50,896 bases of DNA from Coriobacteriales bacterium (GTDB taxonomy: Bacteria > Actinomycetota > Coriobacteriia > Coriobacteriales > CADBOM01), in contig JBMNUL010000002.1 in NCBI GenBank assembly GCA_050946255.1, positions 1 through 50,896 of the forward strand. Reading direction: 5' to 3'. Of the stretch, positions 42,489 through 50,896 are shown in pieces. The first letter of the stretch is position 1; each line of letters opens with the position of its first letter. The position numbers and the translations under genes were made by a program. Below the pieces are notes generated by a model, which was given only the letters and a program-made list of their open reading frames with translations, was not told the DNA's origin and searched no databases.

Positions 42489-42941
42489 CTAGAACGGAAT
42501 CTCCTCATCATAGATTCCCACATCTGGGGCATCCGGGATCTTGCCTTCGGAACTCTGGGAGCTGGCCTGCTGGCCATTTCCATCAGAATAGGACCTGCCG
42601 CCACCATTGGAGTTGCGAGATGACATGAACTCTATCTCGTCCACGATGACCTCGAGCTTGCTGCGCTTCTGGCCGTCGCGTTCCCATTGGCTGTAACGCA
42701 GCTTGCCCTCGATTGCAACCTTGGTGCCCTTGGTGAGAAACCTCGAAATTCCCTCTGCCCTGGCCCCGAACATGGTGCAATCGACATAGTTGGGATAATC
42801 TTCCCACTCTCCGGTTTGGGAGTTGCGCCTGCGGTCGTTTACCGCCACGCCGAAGCTCAAGACCGATGTGCCGCTCGCAGTGGAGCGCAGCTCTGGGTCG
42901 CGTGTTAGGTTTCCGCTTATGAGAACACGATTGATGCTCAT
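42489..42941 (-). CDS. ssb: Single-stranded DNA-binding protein
   Basis: An OB-fold N-terminus ([19 protein letters not shown]) is followed by a Gly/Ser-rich linker and the acidic tip DEEIPF. Confidence 0.92.
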   Translation of the reverse strand: MSINRVLISGNLTRDPELRSTASGTSVLSFGVAVNDRRRNSQTGEWEDYPNYVDCTMFGARAEGISRFLTKGTKVAIEGKLRYSQWERDGQKRSKLEVIVDEIEFMSSRNSNGGGRSYSDGNGQQASSQSSEGKIPDAPDVGIYDEEIPF

Positions 42942-43007
42942 TTCGTCCTGCTTTCTAAAACAAAATCTTGTCCAACAGAAAAATTGCAATCCTGTTGAAG
43001 TTTCAAC

Positions 43008-43307
43008 TTAGGCCTCTTCGGTCTCGATGCGGCGGGTCACCATATAGCGGACAACGTCGTCGTCGATGCGAAGCACCCTGTTGAGCTCGGAAATCTGATC
43101 TGGCTCTGCGCTGAAGTTAACGAGATAGTAGTAACCATCAGTGAGATTGTCGATCTCATAGGCCAGCTTGCGCTTGCCCCATTCATCAACGGAGTCGATG
43201 GTTCCATTTATGCCGGTGATCATCTCAGACACTTTGTTTGCAGCGGCAATGCGCTCGCTATCTTCAAGTGCTGGGTCGACGAAGTATAGCAGCTCGTAAG
43301 CTTTCAT
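43008..43307 (-). CDS. rpsF: 30S ribosomal protein S6
   Basis: It begins MKAYELLYFVDPALED...WGKRKLAYEI. A GAGGAGGTG RBS is present, and it is the first gene of the rpsF-ssb-rpsR-rplI cluster. Confidence 0.93.
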   Translation of the reverse strand: MKAYELLYFVDPALEDSERIAAANKVSEMITGINGTIDSVDEWGKRKLAYEIDNLTDGYYYLVNFSAEPDQISELNRVLRIDDDVVRYMVTRRIETEEA

Positions 43308-43373
43308 ACGTCACCTCCTCTGGACTAAACGGCCCGGGTCTTCTTACCTGGGCAGGAAAATAACTAGTGCATA

Positions 43374-44531
43374 TTAGCACCTTTTGGCTGCTTTGGGTAT
43401 TCTCAAGCTGCCAAATGTGCCGCTCGCGTGAGCTTTTCGTCCATTGCTCTCCGATATCCCCGAACCAAAGGGTTTGGCTTCAGCCTCCTTCCCCAACTTG
43501 TGGGATTGCCTTGCCGAACGCAACTTCCCAGCTGCGATCAATGCCAATATAGAAACAGATGCAATTGGAATCATGAATGAAAAGTCCTTGAGGGCCAATG
43601 CTCCATCACCGATCTCCTCGATCATTGAGCAAACTCCCTTGAATTTCTCGGAGAAGAAACCTGAAATCAAAGCCCATGTGATCTCCAATAATCCCCGGTG
43701 CTCTTCTTGGTTTGCAGAGCTTCCCAATGCAGGTGTCTCTCCGCCAACTTCTGAAGAAATGGTGGCATTGTCTCCAGGAGAAGAACTTGCAGACCCGCTT
43801 TCGGATAACTGTTCAGACGCCGCATTACGAACAACGTCCCCACTTGCAGTTCCATATTGTGATTCAGCAGGATTGTAAACTTGGGAGACGTCGGAGGAAC
43901 CTACATTGGCAGCTTCTGACCCAGCCGTCTCTGAGCTAGTGGTGGTGTGCTCGTTTTGATAGTCCAACGGCAACACTGCTTCTGAGCTTTCTTTTTCGGA
44001 CGAGTACCCCTGAACCGGTAAACCTAATATCTCGCTCGGATCTAGATAGACTCTTCCACGTTTCAAGCCGACGTGAAGATGCGTAGCTGCACTAGATTTA
44101 TCTCCGGTTGAAGCAACTGTTCCAATGGCTTGCCCGCTGGAAATGCTCTCTCCTTCCGAAACGGAAACTGACCCCAAGGGCATGAGCGTCACCGTTCTGC
44201 CGTCCTCCATCCCAATGGACAGGGCGAGCATGGTGGGCGACCCAGATGTATCACCATCTGGAACGTACCCGATGAAGGAAACCTCTCCCCCAACAGGAGC
44301 GTCGACTTCCTCTCCTGCCACTGCCTGGCAATCTATTCCATGATGAGTTGTTGACCTGCCCGCAGACGAAGTGTATGTCTGCTGATAATCCAAGAGCACC
44401 TCCCCTTCAGAATGCAGTGGCCAAGCTGCAAGGGCGTTTGTCGGCATCAATACCAACAGTAGCAAAGCGAAGAGAAGGGAGGACACGGGTAACGTAACAG
44501 GCGCAAATTTAGATGGTGTTTTCATTTTCAA
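43374..44531 (-). CDS. M23 family metallopeptidase with an N-terminal signal peptide and a C-terminal transmembrane anchor
   Basis: It has the HHGID (HxxxD) and THLHVG (HxH) motifs. A signal-like N-terminus and a Ser/Glu-rich linker are present, with a hydrophobic helix FMIPIASVSILALIAAGKL near the C-terminus. Confidence 0.75.
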   Translation of the reverse strand: MKMKTPSKFAPVTLPVSSLLFALLLLVLMPTNALAAWPLHSEGEVLLDYQQTYTSSAGRSTTHHGIDCQAVAGEEVDAPVGGEVSFIGYVPDGDTSGSPTMLALSIGMEDGRTVTLMPLGSVSVSEGESISSGQAIGTVASTGDKSSAATHLHVGLKRGRVYLDPSEILGLPVQGYSSEKESSEAVLPLDYQNEHTTTSSETAGSEAANVGSSDVSQVYNPAESQYGTASGDVVRNAASEQLSESGSASSSPGDNATISSEVGGETPALGSSANQEEHRGLLEITWALISGFFSEKFKGVCSMIEEIGDGALALKDFSFMIPIASVSILALIAAGKLRSARQSHKLGKEAEAKPFGSGISESNGRKAHASGTFGSLRIPKAAKRC

Positions 44532-44702
44532 TCCCTCCTCTCCGCTGTTTGCTACGCAGATTATGAAGGGGGAATCAAAACGAAAAACTTGGGGTTTCTA
44601 AACGAAATCCAAACTATGCCTGAATGAAACCATCGCTTGATGGAAGCCTTATCTGAATGGGAACCTTGCTAACGCCCGGCGGGCTTAAGGGTGTTCTGCT
44701 GG

Positions 44703-44731
44703 TTGAACTAGCGGGAAATAGTTAATATAAT
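44703..44731 (+). promoter_or_regulatory. Near-consensus sigma-70-type promoter (TTGAAC, 17-nt spacer, TATAAT)
   Basis: The -35 TTGAAC lies at 44703-44708, the spacer is exactly 17 nt, and the -10 TATAAT lies at 44726-44731. This predicts a TSS near 44738. Confidence 0.55.
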
Positions 44732-44738
44732 TTTCCAA

Positions 44739-44786
44739 TTGAGGCGAAGCTCACCGGCCACTGTGCCGGTCTCAGCTTCGCCTCAA
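44739..44786 (+). other. Very stable stem-loop at the predicted 5' end of the transcript
   Basis: The outer 13-bp perfect stem is ttgaggcgaagct/agcttcgcctcaa and the inner 6-bp stem is accggc/gccggt. No U-tract follows, but a C-rich, G-poor tract does. Confidence 0.8.
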
Positions 44787-45055
44787 ACTTTCACCCTCTT
44801 CATTCGCCCCTCTGCCACCTTGCTCACGCCAGGCCGAGCACGGGACAAACGAACCTAACACCACACCAGAATGAGAGCCACACCCAAATGCGAGCACAAC
44901 AGTCTGATGGCCAAATATTGTAAAATGCCTGCGACGGCCCAGACGGTTCATATTTATATAAATTCTGTTCAGAAACTCTATCCATTCAACCCCTCAGTTA
45001 TACTTAGTGAATTAGAACCGAGAGCCCGATACAAGGGCGAAAAAGGAACCACTTG

Positions 45056-46801
45056 ATGAACTTCGAATCAAACAATCCCCGCACCAGCAGTTTGATCAAC
45101 CCCTTCTATGTAAAAGACCGCGAGTACAACGCTGCGTATAAGAAGATGGCCACTAAGTGCACTTTCCCAGCAGCTTTCGACAACGGTCTCTACCATGTTC
45201 TGGTTGGGGTATGGATCTGCGTCATGGGCTTTTCCGGATTGGCAATGTTGACGATAGGCAACGAGATAATCTCCTTTGCAATAGGGCTGGTTCTTGCCTT
45301 CGTCATCACCTATTTCTATGGAAGATACATGCAGGTGAAGGTCATGTTCCCACGCGGAGGAACTATGTTGAGAAGCCGCGGGAATGCCAAACCTGTATAT
45401 TGGATCATCCCTGTCATCTTCTTAGTCGGTTATCCAATATATGCGATTGTCTCCGGAAACCCACTTGCAGTTGAGATCACCATTGGATGCGTCTATGCGC
45501 TTCTGGGAGTCCTGGCATTTGCCAAGACAAGCCGCACAGGTCTCCTGTTCCTGGCATTGCTCTTGCTGGCAATTCCGCTTCTCATGGTCTACATGGGCTT
45601 TGCCTCCAACGACATCTTGAACGAGATCGTGCTCGTATCTCCATACGAGGGAATCGTGTTCGTGATGTGCGGAATCTGGATGCAGCAGCGCGCAATCATG
45701 CCCAACATCAACAGACACGATAGGGAGCTCCTCAAGGAATACTTGACCTCGGGAGACGAAAAGAAGCAATTCACCGCAGCGTCGTTTCTGTGTGGAAGCG
45801 TCGACCCTGTGCTCATGCCGGAGCTGCTGGACCTCTGCCAGAACGATAACCTCGCAGTTTCCTACACGGCCCAAGTTGCCATGGGAAACATCTGGGGGCC
45901 GAAACCCAATGAGCTTTTCGGGCAGCAGGCGACCGATATGCGAAACGATATTCCAGAAGAATACAGACAGCAGGTTGCCGAGCAAATGGAGGCCCGCCGC
46001 AAGACTGTGCACGACCGCTGGCTCAAGCACTACGAGATCGTGGAGAACACATTGCACGAGATAGCTAGCGAGAACGGCGAGACCCAGGAAAAGCTCTACG
46101 ACCTCGCCGCAGGCAAGAACGTCCGCTACACGCAGGCAAGGGTCATCGCACTCGAAATGCTCGGAACGCTCCGTACCCCGAGGGCATATTCCACTCTCAT
46201 GGACACGCTCCTCCGCAAGGACAAGAAGATTGCAATTGCCGCGATGCACGGGTTCTTTGGAGCTGACAGCAAGTCGGTTCTCTACCTGGAGAAGTTCTTC
46301 GTCGCCAAGAGTTCCTGGATTCGCCGTCGAGCGATCAGGGCCACGCGCTACATGCTCGATTACCTCGCGATATTCGACGAGAACGAGAACGCAGTGGCGA
46401 GAGCCTTGCTTGAGCCAGACATTGATGGACTGTTCGATTCGGAGGACACAACCACATTCGCCGCCACAATCTGCCTGCTTCCCGGTGACACCGAGGACGA
46501 GATAGACATCATCGAGCAGTATTGCGAGAACAGCCGACCGTTGATAAAGGTCGAGGGGCTGTGCACGTTATCGAGGTTGCAGCCCGAAAGGGCAGTCAAT
46601 TGGGTGCTTCCGGCGCTCAACGATCCGAGTGCGGCCGTGCGATACGCCGCGATCAAGTGCGTGGCGAAGCTGAGGCTCCCCCAGAGCATGGACGTCTTCA
46701 GGAGAATGTCCAGTGACAGATCTCCCAGAGTCGCTCGTCTCGCCTCCATGAATTTGGAGAAACTGCAAGCTGCGATGCGTCCTGCCAACCCTTGGATTTA
46801 G
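45056..46801 (+). CDS. Membrane protein with ~6 N-terminal helices and a C-terminal HEAT/PBS-lyase-like repeat domain; function unknown
   Basis: Hydrophobic helices lie within residues ~45-215. The C-terminal half has repeated alpha-alpha units with motifs such as SSWIRRRAIRATRYM, SAAVRYAAIKCVAKL and SPRVARLASMNL. ATG 45056 is preferred over TTG 45053. Confidence 0.6.
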   Translation: MNFESNNPRTSSLINPFYVKDREYNAAYKKMATKCTFPAAFDNGLYHVLVGVWICVMGFSGLAMLTIGNEIISFAIGLVLAFVITYFYGRYMQVKVMFPRGGTMLRSRGNAKPVYWIIPVIFLVGYPIYAIVSGNPLAVEITIGCVYALLGVLAFAKTSRTGLLFLALLLLAIPLLMVYMGFASNDILNEIVLVSPYEGIVFVMCGIWMQQRAIMPNINRHDRELLKEYLTSGDEKKQFTAASFLCGSVDPVLMPELLDLCQNDNLAVSYTAQVAMGNIWGPKPNELFGQQATDMRNDIPEEYRQQVAEQMEARRKTVHDRWLKHYEIVENTLHEIASENGETQEKLYDLAAGKNVRYTQARVIALEMLGTLRTPRAYSTLMDTLLRKDKKIAIAAMHGFFGADSKSVLYLEKFFVAKSSWIRRRAIRATRYMLDYLAIFDENENAVARALLEPDIDGLFDSEDTTTFAATICLLPGDTEDEIDIIEQYCENSRPLIKVEGLCTLSRLQPERAVNWVLPALNDPSAAVRYAAIKCVAKLRLPQSMDVFRRMSSDRSPRVARLASMNLEKLQAAMRPANPWI

Positions 46802-47083
46802 GATCTGGACTCGCACTTCTAAATCACCGGGCTTTCTTTCCGGCTCGCCATTCACAATCTGCGTTCTGGCTCAGTGGGCGTGTGCTCCCCTTTTGCGTTC
46901 ATTTGCGGGGCGGCTCAGCCTTCTTCTCCCCCTCTCGCAAGTCTTGCGCAGACAGGCGGATGTCACACTCCCGCAACACCATCAACTTAATATAATGAGA
47001 GCATGATCCAACGCGCCTCCGGGCGCCACGTTCGGCAATGCCAGGGGCTGCACCTTGCCCCGCAAGATGAGAGGGCGGATTCA

Positions 47084-50000
47084 ATGGTTTCCCGAATCTA
47101 CGTTGAGAAGAAGCAGGGCTTCGACGTCGAGGCGCAACAACTGGCTAGAGAGTTGAGGGACATCCTCGGAATCAGCGGCCTAACCGGGCTGAGATTGCTC
47201 AACAGATACGATGTCGAGGGCATCGACGAGCAGCTGTTCGAACAATGTGTTCCCACCGTGTTCAGCGAGCCGCAGGTTGACGTCACCTATGCCGAACTTC
47301 CCGATTCGAACGGCGCTACGGTGTTTGCAGTTGAGGCCTTGCCGGGGCAGTTCGACCAGCGTGCAGACTCGGCCAGCGAGTGCATCCAGCTGATCAGCCA
47401 GGGAGAGCGGCCCGAAGTCAGAAACGCCAAGGTCTACTATCTCGAGGGAAACCTCTCTGAACACGATGTCGAGACGGTGAAGAACTACGTCATCAACCCA
47501 GTGGAGACCCGCGAGGCCTCGCTCGAGAAGTTCGACACGTTGAAGCGCACGTTTCCCACTCCTGACCCAGTGGAGATAATCGAGGGGTTCAACGACCTCG
47601 ACAGCGACGGGCTTGCCTCCTTCATCAAAGAGCGTGGTCTTGCAATGGACTTGGCCGACATCCAGTTCTGCCAAGAATATTTTTCGGGAGAAGGACGCTG
47701 CCCCACGATCACAGAAATCAAGATGATCGACACATATTGGTCGGATCACTGCAGGCACACGACCTTCGGCACCGTCCTGGACGACGTGCAGATCGACGAC
47801 TCGATTGTGCAGCAGGCATTCAACAAGTACATGCAGATACGCCATGAACTCGGCCGCGACGAGAAGCCGATCTGCCTCATGGATATGGGGACGATCGGAG
47901 CCAAGTACCTCAAAGCGAAGGGGATTCTCAAGAATCAGGACGAGTCGGAGGAGATCAACGCCTGCACGGTCAAGATCAAGTGCGACGTCGATGGTGAGCA
48001 ACAGGATTGGCTCTTCCTCTTCAAGAACGAGACCCACAACCATCCAACCGAGATAGAGCCCTTCGGTGGAGCCGCTACCTGCATCGGAGGAGCAATCCGC
48101 GACCCGCTCTCTGGACGCAGCTATGTATACCAGGCGATGCGCGTGACCGGTGCCGCCGATCCTCACACCCCAATCTCCGAAACGCTTCCCGGTAAGCTGC
48201 CCCAGCGCAAGCTCGTGACAACAGCTGCCGCAGGGTATTCATCCTATGGAAACCAAATCGGACTCGCAACTGGACAGGTGGACGAGCTCTACCACCCCGG
48301 CTATGTGGCAAAGCGCATGGAGGTCGGAGCAGTTGTTGGCGCCACCCCGGCAGACCATGTGAGGCGCGAGACCCCGGCACCAGGAGATGTGGTGATCCTC
48401 CTAGGAGGGCGCACCGGACGCGATGGAATCGGCGGTGCAACTGGTTCCTCCAAAGAGCACAAGCTCGAGAGCCTGGAGACCTGCGGGGCCGAAGTTCAAA
48501 AGGGAAATGCCCCGGTAGAGCGCAAGTTGCAAAGGCTGTTCCGCCGCAAGGACGCATGCCGTCTCATCAAGCGTTGCAACGACTTCGGAGCCGGAGGCGT
48601 GTCCGTGGCAATAGGCGAGCTTGCCGACGGGCTCTACATCGACTTGGACAAGGTACCCAAGAAATACGACGGTCTCGACGGCACCGAGCTTGCAATTTCC
48701 GAGAGCCAGGAGCGCATGGCCTGTGCCGTTGCAGCATCCGACGTTGACGAGTTCATCGGTTACGCTCATGAGGAGAACCTTGAGGCCACCCCAATCGCGA
48801 CCGTGACCGAGGAACCCCGCGTGCGCATGGTGTGGAACGGTGACACTATCGTGGACGTGAGCCGCGAGTTCCTAGCCTCCAACGGCGCTCCCAAGCATCA
48901 AGCCGTCAACGTCGAGGAAGGCGGGAGCTACACCACGCCTTGGATGCAGGGCGACCTTGTTTCGGCATCGCTCTCAGAGCGCATGCACGCGCTGGTGACC
49001 GACCTCAACGTCTGCTCGAACAAGGGGCTTTCCGAACGCTTCGACTCCACAATCGGGGCGGCAACCGTGCTGATGCCCTTCGGTGGCAAGCGTCAGCTCA
49101 CCCCGAGCATGGCCATGATCGCCAAGCTCCCGGTCTTCGGAGAGACAACCACCACAAGCGGAATGGCATGGGGCTTCAATCCCTACATCATGGATGCAAA
49201 CCAGTACAAGGGTGCTTATCTCAGCGTGGTGGAGAGCGTGAGCAAGCTCGTTGCCGCTGGATTCGACCGCCGCGGCGCTTACCTCAGCTTCCAGGAGTAC
49301 TTCGAGAGCCTGCGCACCGACCCCAAGCGCTGGGGCAAGCCAATGGGAGCCGTTCTTGGTGCATTGATGGCGCAAATCGACCTTGGAATCGGTGCCATTG
49401 GCGGCAAGGATTCAATGAGCGGGAGCTTCGAGGACCTCGACGTCCCCCCGACGCTTATCAGCTTCGCCGTTGCCATCGGCGATGTGGACAATGCAACTTC
49501 ACCCGAGTTCAAAGCCGCAGGCCACAAGGTGCTCTGCATCCATCCCTGGTATGACACCGATGGGCTAATGCCAGATGTACCCGGCATGAACGCTGTGATG
49601 GATATGGTTCAGCAACTGATCTGCGATGGCAAGGCTCTGGCAGTGTCCACCCCCGGATATGGATGCGCGGCGGAGTCGCTTTTCAAGATGTGCCTTGGAA
49701 ACGCCATAGGCTTCGAGATGGCCGAAGGAATCGACCCCGACATCCTGTTCACCCCAGCCTATGGAACGTTTTTAGTAGAACTCGCCGATGGCGCAGAGGT
49801 GCCGGCGGGTGATGACCTCGCACATGTAGTGGAGCTGGGCACCACCAGCAGCAGATACGTGTTCTCCGGCGCAGGTGAGACCATCGACATGAACGAGCTG
49901 CAGGAAGCCTGGGAGCATGCAATCGAGGACGTTTTCCCCTATCGTGGCGAGGGCGAGGAAGTCGAAACCATCAGTTCCGACGCCAAAGCTCCGGCGGCTC

Positions 50001-50818
50001 ACGGCGCACATATTGCCAAGCCCAAGGTCGTCATCCCGGTGTTCCCCGGCAACAATTGCGAATACGATTCCGCACAGGCCTTCGAGCGCGCTGGTGCCGA
50101 AGTTGAGACCTTCATCGTGAACAATCTCTCGCCAAAGGCGGTTACCGAGAGCGCAGAGGAGCTCGTGAGGCTGATTGGAGAGAGCCAGATCCTCATGATC
50201 CCCGGTGGCTTCTCCGGAGGAGACGAGCCAGATGGTTCCGCCAAGTTCATCACCGCATTCTTCAGGGCTCCGTCGGTGACCGAGGCTGTGCGCGACCTCC
50301 TGCAGAACCGCGACGGCCTGATTCTCGGAATCTGCAATGGATTCCAGGCTCTCGTGAAGTTGGGGTTGGTCCCGTTCGGCGATATCAGACCGATGGATTC
50401 AGACTGCCCGACGTTGACGTTCAACAGCATAGGACGGCATCAGAGCAGGCTCGTGCGCACGCGAGTCGCATCTACGCTTTCACCTTGGTTCAGCAAATGC
50501 GAAGTTGGGGACATCCACATGATGCCTATCAGTCATGGTGAGGGACGCTTCGTCGCAAACGACGAGGTCCTTGCCCAGCTGAAGGCCAACGGGCAGATCG
50601 CCACGCAATATGTTGACGAACTCGGAGTGCCCTCGATGGACATGGATGTGAATCCCAATGGGTCGATGCTCGCAATCGAGGGGATCACCAGCCCCGACGG
50701 ACGCGTCCTCGGAAAGATGGGCCACACGGAGAGAAGCGGCGCGGGGCTCTACAAAAACGTTCCTGGAGTGGTCATCCAGCCTCTGATCGAAGGTGGTGTG
50801 GGCTACTTCACCGAGTAG
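47084..50818 (+). CDS. purL: Phosphoribosylformylglycinamidine (FGAM) synthase, single-chain large type
   Basis: It is about 1244 aa starting at MVSRIYVEKKQGFDVEAQQL. It contains TYWSDHCRHTTF, ETHNHPTEIEPFGGAATCIGG, and a C-terminal glutaminase domain (GICNGFQAL...ISHGEGRF). The upstream 27 codons of the track ORF are rejected. Confidence 0.93.
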   Translation: MVSRIYVEKKQGFDVEAQQLARELRDILGISGLTGLRLLNRYDVEGIDEQLFEQCVPTVFSEPQVDVTYAELPDSNGATVFAVEALPGQFDQRADSASECIQLISQGERPEVRNAKVYYLEGNLSEHDVETVKNYVINPVETREASLEKFDTLKRTFPTPDPVEIIEGFNDLDSDGLASFIKERGLAMDLADIQFCQEYFSGEGRCPTITEIKMIDTYWSDHCRHTTFGTVLDDVQIDDSIVQQAFNKYMQIRHELGRDEKPICLMDMGTIGAKYLKAKGILKNQDESEEINACTVKIKCDVDGEQQDWLFLFKNETHNHPTEIEPFGGAATCIGGAIRDPLSGRSYVYQAMRVTGAADPHTPISETLPGKLPQRKLVTTAAAGYSSYGNQIGLATGQVDELYHPGYVAKRMEVGAVVGATPADHVRRETPAPGDVVILLGGRTGRDGIGGATGSSKEHKLESLETCGAEVQKGNAPVERKLQRLFRRKDACRLIKRCNDFGAGGVSVAIGELADGLYIDLDKVPKKYDGLDGTELAISESQERMACAVAASDVDEFIGYAHEENLEATPIATVTEEPRVRMVWNGDTIVDVSREFLASNGAPKHQAVNVEEGGSYTTPWMQGDLVSASLSERMHALVTDLNVCSNKGLSERFDSTIGAATVLMPFGGKRQLTPSMAMIAKLPVFGETTTTSGMAWGFNPYIMDANQYKGAYLSVVESVSKLVAAGFDRRGAYLSFQEYFESLRTDPKRWGKPMGAVLGALMAQIDLGIGAIGGKDSMSGSFEDLDVPPTLISFAVAIGDVDNATSPEFKAAGHKVLCIHPWYDTDGLMPDVPGMNAVMDMVQQLICDGKALAVSTPGYGCAAESLFKMCLGNAIGFEMAEGIDPDILFTPAYGTFLVELADGAEVPAGDDLAHVVELGTTSSRYVFSGAGETIDMNELQEAWEHAIEDVFPYRGEGEEVETISSDAKAPAAHGAHIAKPKVVIPVFPGNNCEYDSAQAFERAGAEVETFIVNNLSPKAVTESAEELVRLIGESQILMIPGGFSGGDEPDGSAKFITAFFRAPSVTEAVRDLLQNRDGLILGICNGFQALVKLGLVPFGDIRPMDSDCPTLTFNSIGRHQSRLVRTRVASTLSPWFSKCEVGDIHMMPISHGEGRFVANDEVLAQLKANGQIATQYVDELGVPSMDMDVNPNGSMLAIEGITSPDGRVLGKMGHTERSGAGLYKNVPGVVIQPLIEGGVGYFTE

Positions 50819-50896
50819 AGACTGTTGCCGTGGAGTCACTCCTCGAGCGTGGCGTTCATGCTGCCGCAATGCACAGTATTGCCAAGATTTTGACCC

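Noticed and set aside
1-50896. A mobile element, prophage, genomic island or defence system anywhere in the window.
   Set aside because: There are no integrase, transposase, recombinase, phage structural, restriction-modification, toxin-antitoxin or cas-like ORFs, and no flanking tRNA or long terminal repeats. The only composition shifts are short AT-rich intergenic promoter regions.

Overview
The gene content suggests a chromosomal core region of a moderately GC-rich, anaerobic Gram-positive bacterium, possibly Coriobacteriia-like Actinomycetota; that is an inference, not a database hit. Most genes are housekeeping. They include metG, nadE, rel, a RecJ fused to a RecQ-like helicase, infC-rpmI-rplT, purA, purL, dnaB and rpsF-ssb-rpsR-rplI. 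There is also a GltD/NuoF-like oxidoreductase translationally coupled to an [FeFe]-hydrogenase.

The only clearly accessory block is 18.2-28.9 kb. It holds two tandem giant secreted proteins, a 1559-aa subtilisin-like S8 protease and a roughly 1934-aa GLUG/beta-helix adhesin. Both end in triple CWB2 cell-wall-binding repeats.

I found no tRNA or rRNA genes, CRISPR arrays, transposases, integrases, prophage genes or recognisable defence system. I cannot point to a convincing new multi-gene system.

The most noteworthy items:
- the RecJ-RecQ-like fusion protein
- the CWB2 surface-protein locus with repeated leader elements
- an infC leader with promoter, intrinsic terminator and ATT start
- three perfect 25-bp tandem repeats next to that leader
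- a riboswitch-like SD-sequestering leader upstream of an MFS transporter
- a near-consensus orphan promoter firing straight into a 19-bp stem-loop upstream of a HEAT-repeat membrane protein
- several unusual low-complexity protein extensions

All family assignments come from motifs read by eye, and none was confirmed by search.
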